Origin: Antedon mediterranea
Lineage: Eukaryota; Animalia; Echinodermata
Length of the DNA: 64,000 nt
Reading direction: 5' to 3'
NCBI RefSeq assembly: GCF_964355755.1
Contig: NC_092675.1
Span: 22,292,912 to 22,356,911 of the forward strand
Shown: in pieces, positions 23,285 to 37,158 of the stretch
Layout of the letters: the number at the start of each line of letters is the position of its first letter
How positions within the stretch are numbered: position 1 is the stretch's first letter
Position numbers and translations under genes: made by a program
Notes under the pieces: model-generated
The model's database searches: none
The model's input: only the letters and a program-made list of their open reading frames with translations
What the model was told of the DNA's origin: nothing

Positions 23285-26200
23285 ATTTACAGTAGTTTAA
23301 TACAATTAAAACCATGTTTTATTGATTGTGATTGTATATTTAATCATCGAAGGCCAATAATGTTATATAATGATTATTGAGAGGTAACTACGTTTGAACT
23401 TTACCATGGAATCATGATCCACGCGTTAATTAAATTATTATTAACCAACAATGTTGTCTGTCGTCATATTATGTTAATTAAAGACTGCTTTTAACAAATT
23501 ATTATTATTATTGTTTAAAATGCACTGTCATTAATTAGCTATAGGCCCATAACACTAAAATAATGACTCAGTAAATTAAGATTTGACTTTATCTTTATTT
23601 TTACTTTATTTTACTCTTGACTTGTCCTCTTCCAAGGCTATGTATAGGACTGAATCACATTTTATTAGGAGGGACTCACATTTGAATGCTGTTGGGGATA
23701 TTTTTTGGTTTGCTAAATTTGTTATTCTATGTATTATTATGTGTTTATATATTTAAATGTTTATATTTTGTTTTTCAATTCAGAGTAAGACTAAAAAAAA
23801 GATGTATACCCATGAAAGTTATAAAAAAAAGAAACATGTTGTGTATCAGTGTGAAATTTTGATGAACAAAATAGGTTTTTTAATTAATTTTAAAAGAATC
23901 GAAAGTGGTTGAAATGTTGAAGAAAAAAAAACCGATTGGATGCAACGAAGTGTCGAAAACATTACGTGGGTTGGAACAGAGCACTGGTTCGGTTTGACAG
24001 AGAAACGAGGGCGACGGGATAGAACACATCGAGGAACACGTTTAGTAATACAGTATAAGATAGGCAGGGTAATAATAATTCTTTAAAACTACTACCTATC
24101 AGTGATCTAAATATGTTATATATCAGGATATATCCACATAACTCTGTTTGACGGTATTGAGTGTTTACCGAGTGTGTTAGCACTTATCATGTTATCAGTT
24201 TTAGTAATCGCAATTGACATAAGTCATTACCATGGAGGGTTCACTGCATCGGTCCCAGGAAAAGAATAATTATGTGTTTTGAAAAATTCCGCCACACCCC
24301 CTTTAGTTTTTAGTTTGTGAATTACTAATTACATGCATGGAAAAACTTTATTGTTTATAGTCAAATCATAAAAAATCTTATGGTATAGTACACAATTCTC
24401 CTACACTATACTGTATATAGGCCTATATGTTTTATTTCATGATTTTATTTTTGCATCGTTTCTTTAAAAATGAGAATTGAATGAACTTTCCATAGGTCAT
24501 TTTATAGTTTTAATCAAGTTAATCACTTCTGTAAAAAAGAAAAATATTAATGATTTAACTTATAAAAAGACAAAATAGGCCTAAACGGTTAATTTTAATA
24601 CAAACAAATATCATTTTGTAGTTTTAATCAAGTTAATCACTTCTGTAGAAAAAAAAACCCGAAAAAGAAAATAATGATTTCACTTATAAAAAGACAAAAT
24701 AGGCCTAAACGGTTAAGTTTAACCAAAAAAAACCCCATTCCATTGACTTTTTTTCCCTTTAAATTACATGGGTTTTTCAGGTTAAATAATTCTCTTTTTT
24801 CAATCCAATTTTTCAACGAAGTCAATAATATTTGACATTAAAATTAAATAGTCAACAAAGCAAATTGACAATATTATTTTTTAGGGGGACAATTGTATCT
24901 AACTGGACTTATACACCAATGAACATAATATTACAAGCTTTGTTTGAATTCAGTCAGCGATATCTGTTCGATATGTGTTACTGGAAGTTACCGACGTAAC
25001 AACTTACCTATTGTGGGGATATACTGTAGTTACCAATGTAACAATCTGTAGACCTAATTTGAGAAATAAAAGAAAACACAAATTCCCAACATATTTTTAT
25101 AATAATTACCGTATTTAATTGAGGGGATTTCCCCTGGGAAAAAAATCAGTCGATTAATTGTTTCAGTTCATAACTATACTCTCATATTGCTCGAAGGCGC
25201 CTTTTTGTATTTACGGTACTTGGTTTCGAGAGTGAAAAGGTTTTTTTTTTCATATTTTTAATTATTAGTTTTGAAAAACAACATATCGAACATCATTTTT
25301 GTTGACTTTGTACATTATTATTATCAATAATAACAGTAATATACAATTTAAAATGATATAATGTTTTGATCATAATCATAGTTAATATTATTATGTTATC
25401 GTTATTGTTATCTTATCTTAATTACCATTATTGTAATTAGGAGAATACCTTTTCTCTTTTCGGGGGTGGGCGTTATCCACTAGACCGCAGGCCTGTGGGG
25501 TAATTGGGGGTAAAACAGGACTTCTACTAGAGAGAATCTGTGTCCGCTCACCATGAATGACAAGCCTGGCTAGTGTCTGGGTACGGTATACCCATCGTAC
25601 ATCATGGTCAGTGAGGGTAATGTTTTTGCTAAACCTGCTTGAGCTTTCCAACTGGATCGGAAATATATTCTATAGTATGACAACACGATTTGACATAAAG
25701 AAACAAATGCCATACGAACTATCAGAAGCCGTGATTAGAGACTTAAGACTTTAAGTTGGTTCACTAGTTTAACCGGAAAATGACAATTTAGTTGTTTGCG
25801 AGAAAGGAACAGTTTGTCAAAAAAAATGCTTACACCTGTTTTGTTGGGCACCAACATGATACGCAGTTCGGGAAAATGCACTGTCCATTTGTACGATATG
25901 TGGTTGAAGAAATACAGATTATAGGCTATATTATCATCGTGTTTCAAATGAATACAGATGGTACTAATTAGAAAATAATGTTGAAATTAATGTTCCGTTT
26001 AATAAGCATAATGAGATGCCAAAGGCGATATAGTACACTGTACTAACATTTTAAGTAACATGCTTACTTCATGTTCTGTGTATAGTTTTCTTATCAATGT
26101 AGGCCAATGTTGCTTTAGATGGAAATTAATATACATATGAAGAAGATAAGATTGTCAAATGTCACTTTGTTTCAGGGCGATGGTCAAACATCCACGCCTT

Positions 26201-27665
26201 CCGATCCGATGAACTTACGATTGATGTCCAGGGTGTTTTGTACAAGGTTGAAGACAGATTTCCTCCAGTTTCTACGGTGACGGAAAACCCACGGGCAAAG
26301 TTCGTACGGCCCTGATCAAATTATTTTTGTTTAAATAAACAATTTTGTCAATTATGTTGATGAAACAAGTGATCACCCACACAATTACTGTACAACAATG
26401 ATTTTAAATGCAGTACTGTATTTCAACTTTCTTGAGGTGGGTCAAACCACCCTCTCCCGACATGAGTATTTCATTGTATTTATTATCCTGTATGTTATTG
26501 TGTATTGTGGAAATATATTGAATTGAACCTTGATAAAACGTTTATTTAAAGGGCTGAAGGAATTCAGGAAAAATTCAGCTGAATAGTAAACGTTGACAAA
26601 TTTAAAGATTTCATCCCCCACTAGGCCTACTTCTCTCGTTGATTGTCTTCTAGTTTGTGATAGTTATTCAGTCGTTTTTCGTCTCATAAATACACATAAT
26701 ACAATACACGAGACTGGAATAAATTTTCTTCATATTTTAAAATTTTATTCAGTGACCTTAAATTTCTTTTATACATAAAATACAAAGTAACATAAATTGA
26801 CTGTTGGCCGTCATGCGATCTTCTGGCCAAATATAATATATGTACACTTTCAGTCAACATCGCCGCCGTTCCCGCTCGCAGAAACTACAATGGTATTTAA
26901 CCTCAATAATTATAGAATTTTACTGGCAAATCAGATTTATTTGATTATGTACCGTTATTATTTTGGCAAAATATAGGATAACAATGACCAGCAGTTGCCC
27001 TCCTTAATAATTTATAACAATATTATCCACATATTATAATAATACTGATTTTAGATCGTTTTTTTAATAACTAAACGTAATGGTTCCAGCCCAACTAATT
27101 TAGCCTATCGAATTTGTATTTACAACGAAATTTTTTACTTTGACCTTTATTACGTATTCCGAAATATGGGAGATTATTTATTCGTGATATGGATTGTTGA
27201 TATAGCATTGGCCTAAAGAAGAGTACAAATAAAAACTGCTGGTACCGTACACTTTAAAGTCACGAGTTGAAACTCGTGACACGGACTTCACATTTAAAAA
27301 GATTACTGAACCATTGCATAAACCAATATTGATAAACGACACAATTGTCAACTTATTTTTACAATACTTTTAAAATGCATTATTCATTATAAATTTAGCA
27401 TACATTACTGTCTGGTCGTAAACAAATAATCTCTGTCATTTACAAAAATGCTGGTCTTACTTTTAGTTATTGTGTAGGCCTAGGTGACATATTCGAAGTA
27501 TGCACAGTATACCCGAATAAATATAAACATTATTACAAGTCTTTAAAAAAGTTGACATTTTTTGCTAAAGTAGTAGTACCCTATAAAATAAACTCCCTGT
27601 TTCTTTGTAGCGTTCAAGGCAAAATGTTCTTTTCATTCATTGTCTGTTTATCAAGTTTATGATGT

Positions 27666-28607
27666 TTAAAATGCTAACTGTTGAGCAAGCATAACCTGAC
27701 ATCCACTCTTCACATGTTCCATTACGTTTTGTTTCAGTCGACATACTTGTTCTCTCAATTTTGTGGCTGCTGTTTGTAAATCTTGATTTTGTGATTTTAA
27801 TTCATCTACTTTATCTTCCAAACGTGAAATTCGCTCCAATTTCCTTTTACGACACTTGCTGGCCGCAATCCTATTCCTTAGTCGTTTCCTTTCGGATTTA
27901 ATCCTTTCTTGTGTGTCCATATCAATTGGGGACATTGGTGGTGTGGCATGGTAAACTGGCACAGTTTGTTCTTGTTCTTCTTGTTTTATAATATGCTGCT
28001 GTCGGCTCCAAGCTTGCGGGTTATTATTGATGACACTCACTGAAGCATGGGCTGTTGACGTAGGCATACTATTATTTGTGGTGTATGTCATACTTACAGC
28101 TGGTGAAGCTCCAGGTAGAGTTGTTGTTGTGAGTGCTGGATTGAACGCCTGAGTACTGGTTACCACAATATTTGGTGGGGCTCGGGTTACTACGCCTCCT
28201 GCTTGAGAGAAGTATTGTACATTTTGTGCTTCTACCACGCTACCGTCCTCGCCATTTGTATAATGATGCAAATTATGAAGAGCCTCCACAAAGCCTTGAG
28301 CAAACGCTGCTTGTTCGTCCGTTACGTTTTTCGGGCAAATGAACTGCGTTGGTGTTGGTGTTGTGCATACATTTCCCTGCTGGTTAACGATCAATTTTTC
28401 AAGTTCAGGTGATGCTAGTTTTAACATATTTACATCAGGTGTAGATAAAAGTGTAACTGGCTTCTTACTGCGAGAGCCAGGAGCTAGATCCAAAGTCATG
28501 GTTTTCTTTTTCTGTATCCAGTTTGGATGGTCTTCGTAAAATTGAGTCTCCATCTTGGATCGTGTCTGTTGTACAATTACAGTGTCCTTTTCCTCAGTGG
28601 TCGACAT
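27666..28607 (-). CDS. JUN: Transcription factor AP-1 subunit Jun (intronless, 313 aa)
   Basis: KMETQFYED; JNK-docking KKTMTLDL; [21 protein letters not shown]; TTPTPT; [13 protein letters not shown]; TPPMSPIDM; b[32 protein letters not shown]...[14 protein letters not shown]. Confidence 0.98.
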   Translation of the reverse strand: MSTTEEKDTVIVQQTRSKMETQFYEDHPNWIQKKKTMTLDLAPGSRSKKPVTLLSTPDVNMLKLASPELEKLIVNQQGNVCTTPTPTQFICPKNVTDEQAAFAQGFVEALHNLHHYTNGEDGSVVEAQNVQYFSQAGGVVTRAPPNIVVTSTQAFNPALTTTTLPGASPAVSMTYTTNNSMPTSTAHASVSVINNNPQAWSRQQHIIKQEEQEQTVPVYHATPPMSPIDMDTQERIKSERKRLRNRIAASKCRKRKLERISRLEDKVDELKSQNQDLQTAATKLREQVCRLKQNVMEHVKSGCQVMLAQQLAF

Positions 28608-28649
28608 ACAAATGAAAACACTGACTAAACGTCTCTTAGGTTAAAGTTG

Positions 28650-28995
28650 TGAGTCACTACCGACACAAATATACTCGGGATTCCTTCGTTATGTATTGGT
28701 TGAACGATTTTTGTGTTTAGCACATAGAACTCGACTGTGTTTCTTCGAGTATTGGAATGCGTTTCCTAAGCAAAGGCTGAGTCAGTTTTATACCCACTGA
28801 CTCAATGTCTAAAAATAGTTACTACTGAAATGACATCAAATCCTAGCGTTTTCATTGGCTGGAGATGATATCATCGGCTATAGTAGATGCCCAGTTCTGA
28901 CTTCTGATTGGCTAAATCGATCACAGAGCATTATGGGTAGTGGGGAGTGCCCAATTTATTGACGTCACATAAAACGGGTATTCTCCAGGAAGATT
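28650..28995 (-). promoter_or_regulatory. Jun proximal promoter
   Basis: TATAAAA (28786-28792, minus); AP-1 TGASTCA at 28650, 28778 and 28798; MEF2 CTATTTTTAG (28809-28818); TGACATCA (28831-28838); CCAAT boxes at 28854, 28907 and 28951; CRE TGACGTCA (28960-28967). Confidence 0.85.
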
Positions 28996-29204
28996 ACATT
29001 TATATGGAGGGGTGAACATAAGGAAATATGTAGTTAATTAATTTATTTTTGTAAAATAAATAAATATTTAAATATTTATTTGGTAAAATAATATAATATA
29101 ATACATTTCATTATTATAAATTTCTACTTTAAGATATATAAGAATGAAAAAAAGGGAATTAGTATAATGGGATGACCTAATCAACTAATCAGCTATTGTG
29201 TGTT

Positions 29205-29470
29205 GCGGATTACGACGTCACAATAAGCACTCCGGAAACAAACGATTTGACAACAAATGGACGTTGTGTTGTTGTCTGTCCCGTGACTTGCCTTATTTGG
29301 TAATTGTCATTAAAATCGTTCAGGTGATCGAGTAAGCGTGTACTTATTGGACAATTTATAAACTTAACTTTCCCGCTGCATTTATATTTATCGCGTGCAT
29401 AGACAATTTTACTAGCCTGGGTAGTAAAACCGGGAGTAAAACGCAAGCTTGGTTTATTAGGCATGAGTTA
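29205..29470. promoter_or_regulatory. Second promoter module (ETS, CArG, CCAAT, E2F); candidate MSH5 promoter and/or Jun serum-response element
   Basis: GACGTCA 29214-29220, CCGGAAA 29232-29238, perfect CArG CCTTATTTGG 29291-29300, ATTGG 29346-29350 and E2F-type TTTCCCGC 29369-29376; locally CpG-rich. Confidence 0.55.
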
Positions 29471-29505
29471 GACAACAAGATTAGTTAGAAGAAGGCCCCT
29501 CTCTC

Positions 29506-29722
29506 TTGGCTAGCTAGGGCCTAGGCTAGGGAGCCTAGGCCTAGACCTACTAGACTACAGTAGGTAGGCCCTACTAGGTTAGGCTAGGGCTAGGCCCCTA
29601 GCCTAGCTAGGCCTAGTAGTACTAGGCCCTAGCCTAGACTAATAAGGTTGGATGGACAGCCTATATTTATCATAATATATAATAGTAATGTAAAATACTA
29701 AATAGGCCTAGGCCTAGAGGGT
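29506..29722. repeat. TAGGCC/CCTAGG low-complexity tract
   Basis: Same irregular ctaggcctag composition as 5977-6540. Confidence 0.85.
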
Positions 29723-31294
29723 CTAGCTATATAGGTTCTTCCAAACAAGGATAATGGTAGGATCAATCATGCATGTTAAATGTTATCAATTTCTCAACAT
29801 CGTGATGGGCTACATATATCCATGACATGATGGAGGTATAAAAATAGACTCCAATGATATATGGAATGGCAATTAATTAATTGGTACAATATTTTGTCTT
29901 CTGTTTTAAATTTCAGAAAATATTGGTAATTGTTACACAAGATTCGAACAGGTAAACAATATATATTATATAATAACAATACAATATAATAATAATATAG
30001 TTACATTATAATATTGTGAAAAGACTAAAATAATAATTGAAATAGTGATTTAAATACAATCATTTGTTAATGTTATAATACACAGAAGAGTATTGATGAA
30101 TATAATTGTTTAATTTATAAACGGAATGTGTGATGTGTATGGCTAAGTGTTTCTGAACACCAGTTCGGCAGTTTAAAAGAATTTGGTATAAAAACACATT
30201 TTCATGATCACACCACTTTGGTGAATTATAAGGTGCTTCAACACAACCAACATCTTCCCCAATGTTTTAGTAGTCTAAGATAGATTAGGTTCATCAATAT
30301 AAAATTAATATACAGTATATATTTCATGAAGTTTTGATGGTTATTTCATCAGTGAAATTCTTTAACTCTATTTGAGATATTCATGTTTTTCACAGGATTA
30401 CATGAAACATTGTAAAAAAGTTGGTCATGATCAACACTAATACCCTTACACATCATCACATAGCAAAACTCACCATGGAAGCAACACCGGTATTTTGTTT
30501 GAATCTGAATTTCAGTTTGATTGAGGATGATATAAAATACTTTAAATCTTCAAACTCTGGAAACGCACACTGGGGACACAATGTGAAAGTTACCAGAACA
30601 ATTGTTTAGCATCGCGTCACATTTATTTTACTGTAATTGTGTTTAAAATTTGATGTAAAACTTCAGTATTGCAGGATTGATGTGAATGGGATCTTTTCAA
30701 GGTTTCTGTTGGTGTTTCTTGGAAGTTTAATTACTGTAATTATAATGTGAAATGGTATTAGTAAATACCATCAAGCTGGCGCTAATTACTTTGAATAGGA
30801 TATCATCATAAGAAACTTGTTTGCATACACAATATAATAGATTGTTGATTACATTGTATGTTTCATTCAAGTGTAAAATTGATTAGGATTTTCTTTGGGT
30901 ACCAACCAACTCCATCACACCTATTCTAGATTAGTGTAAATATATGAGTCATACTATTCTTTTGTAGTACACTGTCTGGCCTGCTTTTGAAGTGATTATG
31001 GAATGTATAAACAGAGGGTTTTGAAAGGGCATACCAACTTTTGATTTATAAGCTAGGAGGTGTTCACCTTTCACTTTCTGATAGTTAAACTTGTTATTAA
31101 CAATCATCCCATTTAATAAATCATTGACATTTGAAACTTTTCCCATTTGACAAATTAGAAATCTTCCATTTGATTTATGAACCCATAATCAAGGTACAGT
31201 ACTTTGAAAACAAATACAGTATAATTTTATCATCAATATAATATCTTGATAAAGTTTGTAGTAAACATATATTTTGTTTGGAAGTTCTTTTCAG

Positions 31295-31430
31295 AACTAC
31301 TGACACAAACTGTTAAGTTTCTCTAAACTCACAGTTTTTTCACAACTACTGAAATGAACTGATGAGTTTCTCTAAACTCAACAGTTTTTTCACAACTACT
31401 GAAACAAACTGATAAGTTTCTCTAAACTCC
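31295..31430. repeat. ~50-bp tandem repeat x ~2.7
   Basis: AACTACTGA...AGTTTCTCTAAACTC recurs at about 31295, 31345 and 31395. Confidence 0.8.
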
Positions 31431-34400
31431 ACATAATTTTCGGAACTAATAATATGTGGTGTACCACAAACTTTATACTGTATCAACATATTGATTTCAC
31501 CATGCAAACCTTCAAACAATATACAATTTCTAATTATTACCATTACAATTAAAGACTGCTCTTTATTTCAGTGTGTTGTTTTAGCCTGAAAGTTTTATAC
31601 TGTATATACTGTATTATTTAAAAAAAAAATAAACATACACTGTATTAAAATTGATAGACATAATTATTGAAGAATTTCAAAGCTAGAAAGATATTTGCTA
31701 GTAAAATGTTTTTATTCTAATTTTTTGAATATTAGCATTTTTTTATCACCATTTATTTGTTGTATGGTGTTTGTTTAATGCAGATTGATTGATTAATGTT
31801 TTTTGTTTTAAATATAGAATGCGAACTTTGATCAAATGATAGTAGGTTAGTTCCTGGTTTATTTATGCACAATATACAGTAGCCACAATATATAAACTAT
31901 GATGTCATAGTTAGCTTTTGGAATTCCATCACATACAGTTAGAGTGGGAACATCACAATGGTTTATACTACTGCCATGGAAAGAAAATTAAAAAGTACCA
32001 TGACCATTTAACATGTTCAACTTCAGGTATTGAATAACTTAACTATCCTACTTAGAAACAGATTCTATAAACACGAACAATTATATATAATACTGTAATA
32101 AGTTTACATAAGCCAAACACTGATTATAAAAAGAAAAGTTTCCCATTTTCTGGGCCGAAGCTATAGGATAGTTTTAAACGCAAATGCTATAACAGCTCCT
32201 AATATAAATATATTGAATAAAAATAATAAATAACCAAAGATAAGAATCGATGTATCTGAAACTTCTGTTTTCATAAAATGATATTTTTATTTTTGAAAAT
32301 TGTGTCGGTTTGTGTCTAATATTCGATCTGAAGTCAACAGTTTCATTAATGACATAGCAATATGTTTGTTTTATGTTGGAACTGAATGTTCCTTGTTATT
32401 TAGAATAGAAGAAGGGAACGGTTGGTAAGGGTTTTTATGGCAGAAGCCACGGCTTGCACCGGGAATTTTTCCCTCTTGTTGCGACGACCACACCACTTTA
32501 ATTCTTGTGGCTACGCACTGAATTCGTATTTCCAGATATTCCCAGCACTGATGTAAAAAAATTTATCAAGATGCATGTCAAGTAAAATACATGATCTTTC
32601 ATAGTTCACCTCTAAGTTTATATATAAACAAGTTTGACAGTTCTGTTTTTACTATTCAAATTTATTTTCTTTTATTAAAGTGTTTGGCACAATTCCAACT
32701 TGCCATTAAAATTCCATAGGTGACTCATTGGTATTGACTATTGTGGTGGTTTACATGCTTTCCTAAAAGAATACCTAGTTGACATCCTATATCAGTACCA
32801 TTGTCCAAATTGTGTCTTGTTCCTGAGTGAGAGATTTAAATTAAAAGTTTACATTTTAATTTGAAGGCAAAATTTAGACTGCATATTATCTTTATAGCAT
32901 GGTTTTACATTGAATCGCTACATGTAGACATCTCGAATGCAAGGTACCCACCCCAAGTTGAAACCTGGTAAACTTATCAATAATTATGATTGATACTTGG
33001 TAGTGTACATTGATGCTGGGGTATTGAAAACAGTATACAAGCCCATTATGTGATGGAGTTGTGAGTACCACTGATCCACTACATCAATTGAAATTAACCA
33101 AGCTTGTTTAATTCCAAAAAATATTGTGTATTTTGTGTTGATTTTAGGCTTAAACTATGTGATATGCAATTTGGCCACAAGGCCAGGAGGTAGTTAGTGG
33201 CAGATCCAGGATTTTGGAGGGTCTAAAAATTGTAAAGTGAAGTGTTGAACTTAATCTAATGTTCTGTCATTTTATTTGCATTCCATGTTCGAAATCTGAT
33301 TTTATATTTTTCATATAAAGATCTATCTCTGCCAGATTTGCTTTATGGCCAGTGGCCAAGTTTTGGGTCACTGACCAAGTTTTGGGCTACTGGCCAGGCA
33401 GTGTCTGGTTTTTAAAATGCCTTTTAAAGAATTATGGATTAAGATTTGTTAGGAAAGTTGTGTTTAGAATAAGTACCAGTCGTCGCAATCTCGTTTTGAG
33501 AAGGTTGAATGTTCGTATCCTTTGGGTAATTTTGATTCTACACACGTTTCAATTTTTTAGTAGAATGATTCATTTACTTTATATAATTTGTTTTGCTTTA
33601 GTTTCTTTACTAATGATGTCATTTATCTTTGTAACCTTCTTAAGTAAATTAATTACAACAAATCAAATGTAAATCTGACAGTCCGAAATTTGACAAGTAA
33701 TAGCATGAAGGTATAAAAGAATGAATTGGTTTTAACAACCACCTGAGGATATGTCAGTTGTACATGACTCAGAAATATGTGTAATAACACCTTTATGCCT
33801 GACTGGTCATAAGACTGCTGCCACTGCACTGCTGTGTTAAGAATGATCTCATACACAGGGTAGCCCAACCAGGTTTGTTATGGTTTTGTGTCTGATGAGC
33901 ATTGTTGCTATGCTGTTGCTATGTGAGTCATACAATAAATATTTATAGATTTTCTAATATTGATCTGTACTGTAGTGGAAATACCAGGTACAGTACAGTG
34001 TAACATCCTGTATTCTATATTTGCGTAGGAGTTATTTTGGCCTTGATGTTTGTGTTGCTATTGTCCATGCTTTTTCATGAGGAAGTATTGTACTAAATAA
34101 TAATTGTTGTGAAAGAAAGAAATTCAGTAAATACATTGTGACAATAAAACAAATTCTTGAAATACTGTGTATTATATTTATACATTTGTATGAAAAATAT
34201 AATAGAATTGATTACCATAAAACCTTTTAAGTTTTTCTAGAGCATGTGATCTATGGTTTTTATCCAATTAAATATAAATTGGGTAATTCCAAGTAGGGAT
34301 GGGTGTATTTTAAATCTATTTGGTACAGTTATGAATGTATGCAAATAATGAATGTGTATGAGTTGAAAGATTGACTGTTCTATCTTAACTAGGCGGGGCA

Positions 34401-34898
34401 GAGTTTAAAATAGAATGTTGGAAGTATACTAGCTGGCCTTTTCAATATTTCAGTATATTTGACAAAAAACATTGACGTTTCCATTAATTTTGCTTTTTTT
34501 TTAGTCATTTTGTTTGTTTAAAAGATGGTTTCAATATTTTTTATTTAATTTTAATAGAAGTTTCAATACAGTTGAACCCTTAATATGAGTGTCCCCTGTT
34601 TGGGTGCCCCCTGAATAAGGAGAATGTATGTAGTCTTATATATATTTCCCCTTATTTACTCCATTGAAAAGACTATAATATCCATATTGTCCCAAATGAG
34701 TGGGGTTTACTGTATATTTAGTTTTATTTACTCATAACTTTATCATTCGGATTAGATATCTGAACACACATTAATAAAGGAACTTGATTGTTTAGAAATT
34801 AAAATACTTAATCTAATAAGGAAATGCACTATTATTGAATAAGTAATAAAAGCAGTGTTTGATTAACCACATCCTGGTTACATCTTAAGGATAAGTAA

Positions 34899-35214
34899 AT
34901 AGTAAACAATATCTCTATTGTTTATTTGGTTTCAAATCATATTTTATTGTAATGGAAAATCCCCTAACTCAAGACGTTCCCTTCCGCAGTATAATAATCT
35001 CAGTGAATTACATACTGAAATTAATTAAGTAGTTCTATTACTATACCAAGAGAAAAGGGGTAGATGAACAAGGGTTTAATGTTTTATCAATAGTAAACAA
35101 TATCACCATTGTTTGTTTGGTTTCAAATCATATTTTATAGAATGGAAAATCCCCTAGCTCAAGACCTTCCCTCCGCAGTATAATAATCTCAGTGAATTAC
35201 ATACTGAAATTAAT
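34899..35214. repeat. Local direct duplication (~125-bp block, ~190-bp offset)
   Basis: ATAGTAAACAATATC...CCGCAGTATAATAATCTCAGTGAATTACATACTGAAATTAAT occurs at 34899-35026 and 35090-35214. Confidence 0.85.
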
Positions 35215-37158
35215 GAAGTCAATGGGTTTATGTAAAATAACAGAAAGTAAAATTATGTAGAGGTATAAAATTAAATTATCTCAACATCTGTCTTTTGTCT
35301 ATGATAATGATAATACAAGTGGCTCATTTATCATTTCTCAGCAAGAACCTGATTTTAGTTTTGATGTTCAACCTGTTAGAAGCCAAAGTTGAACAATTGA
35401 CTTCATTCATCAAAAGTACTGGGTTACAAGACTACAATTAAAATGTCTAGGTAAGTGCTAATACCAAATCCATGACTCACTTTAGCTAAAATAAACTAAA
35501 ACAAAACCTGCTTCAGTCTATTAAATTAATATCAGTTTATTATATTTTTTCTTTAAGAAGTACACAATATAGTTCATACTTCAGAGTTCACTACGTGTAC
35601 ACATTTAGGTCCTGTTTCTGCTCTTAAAAATTAACAGATAACTGTGTGAATAAATTACCCAAAAGTGGAAGCAGAGATGATACATTTTTAATAACTGGTG
35701 ATATAACATCGGTTAAAAACACCCAAACGATTTGGGTTAGAACACTATTCGATTGTAAAATCTTGTAAAAATACCAATATCGAATATCTAATGCAAAAAC
35801 TGTGCTTTTATTTTACATTTCAGTTTGAAATGTTGAACTTTTCTAATTGTTAAGTGACCTTTACCACATTTAATGATATTCATATCATTTGAAAACATCT
35901 GTGCCAGTAATATGAGAACAAGTTACTTCTTTACTCAATGGAGTTAGTGTGATGTTCTACTGAAATAACTAACAGTACAGTAAGTCCTGTTTCTATAGTT
36001 TAAAACAATTAACTTTTTTATTTGTCTAGTATTACTTGCAGATTTTAATATATGTCATATTTCTGCTGCGAACAAATAACCAATTATTAACTTTTTGAAT
36101 AAATTAACCTGGATTACTTAGCAGCAGAAGCAGGACAAATTTTTAGTAAACCGTTTTTAAGAAAACTGTTCAACTTATTAGGGATCGAGTACCGTAGCAC
36201 AAATTGAGCAGAAAATGCTAAAAATATTATTTTTTTTAATAGACAGTTTATTTTCTGTGATGCGCAGCAGTCAGCAGAAACATTTTATAATACTTACATT
36301 CTTACTAAACAGAGTTGGTTATTAAACTTTAAACCAAATGACTGGCCTACCTTTTATTAAATTCTAGTAGTATACAGTAAACTCTAGGTTGACGTCTGTC
36401 TGTTGATGGAGGGCATTATTTTATGGTTTTTGTAATTGTTATAATTTGCAGAAATTGATGTGGTCACATACCATGGAGTAAAGCCCTCCATGCATACAGA
36501 TAGGATATGATCAATTTGTATTTTGATTTGTGGTAAATAATTTTTATTATCAAAATAAATTGCAAAATATACATTGGAAATGCAAAATAATTTTTGTTCA
36601 TTCTTTATGAAATGTTTTTTTAAAAATCTATATCATAAAGAGATGAATGAACGTTTCCCTTGGGTTTGAGTCACAAACTCAAGTTACTTGCACTGAATGG
36701 TATGGCAAGTATCGTGAGCAAAAACCACCTGTTTATAGCGTAAAGCTATAAGCGAACCTCATCCTCGTAACCCCAACCGCTTTCTTCCTCTCGACAAAAT
36801 ATCTGTTGCAGTCCACATGTTCACAATCCCGCAGTGAGCCACAGTGAATCAAATCATACTTTGAAAATGAAAACATTCTGATTGTTAGCTCCTGTGATTG
36901 CCTGGTCATTATAAGTTTAGTAACTAGCACATGGTAATCAAACAGTCACTTGGGGAAAGTACTTCATCAACAGCTTGTTATGAATATTAAAATAAGTTGG
37001 CATGGTTATATTTTATTACTTGACTTAGGTCAGTATTAGTTGGTACAAGGTTGTCAAATCTGAATCACATGACAGGAGAGAGCACGTTTATAGTAAACGA
37101 CTTAAATGTTAATATTAGATTTTAATGGTTGGAAGATACATTCAAAAATTTAAATTAA

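Noticed and set aside
27259-27280. Histone-type 3' stem-loop or bacterial terminator
   Set aside because: It does not match the histone stem-loop consensus, and the context is a polyadenylated eukaryotic gene.
28203-28539. Plus-strand ORFs overlapping Jun
   Set aside because: Antisense shadows of the Jun CDS.
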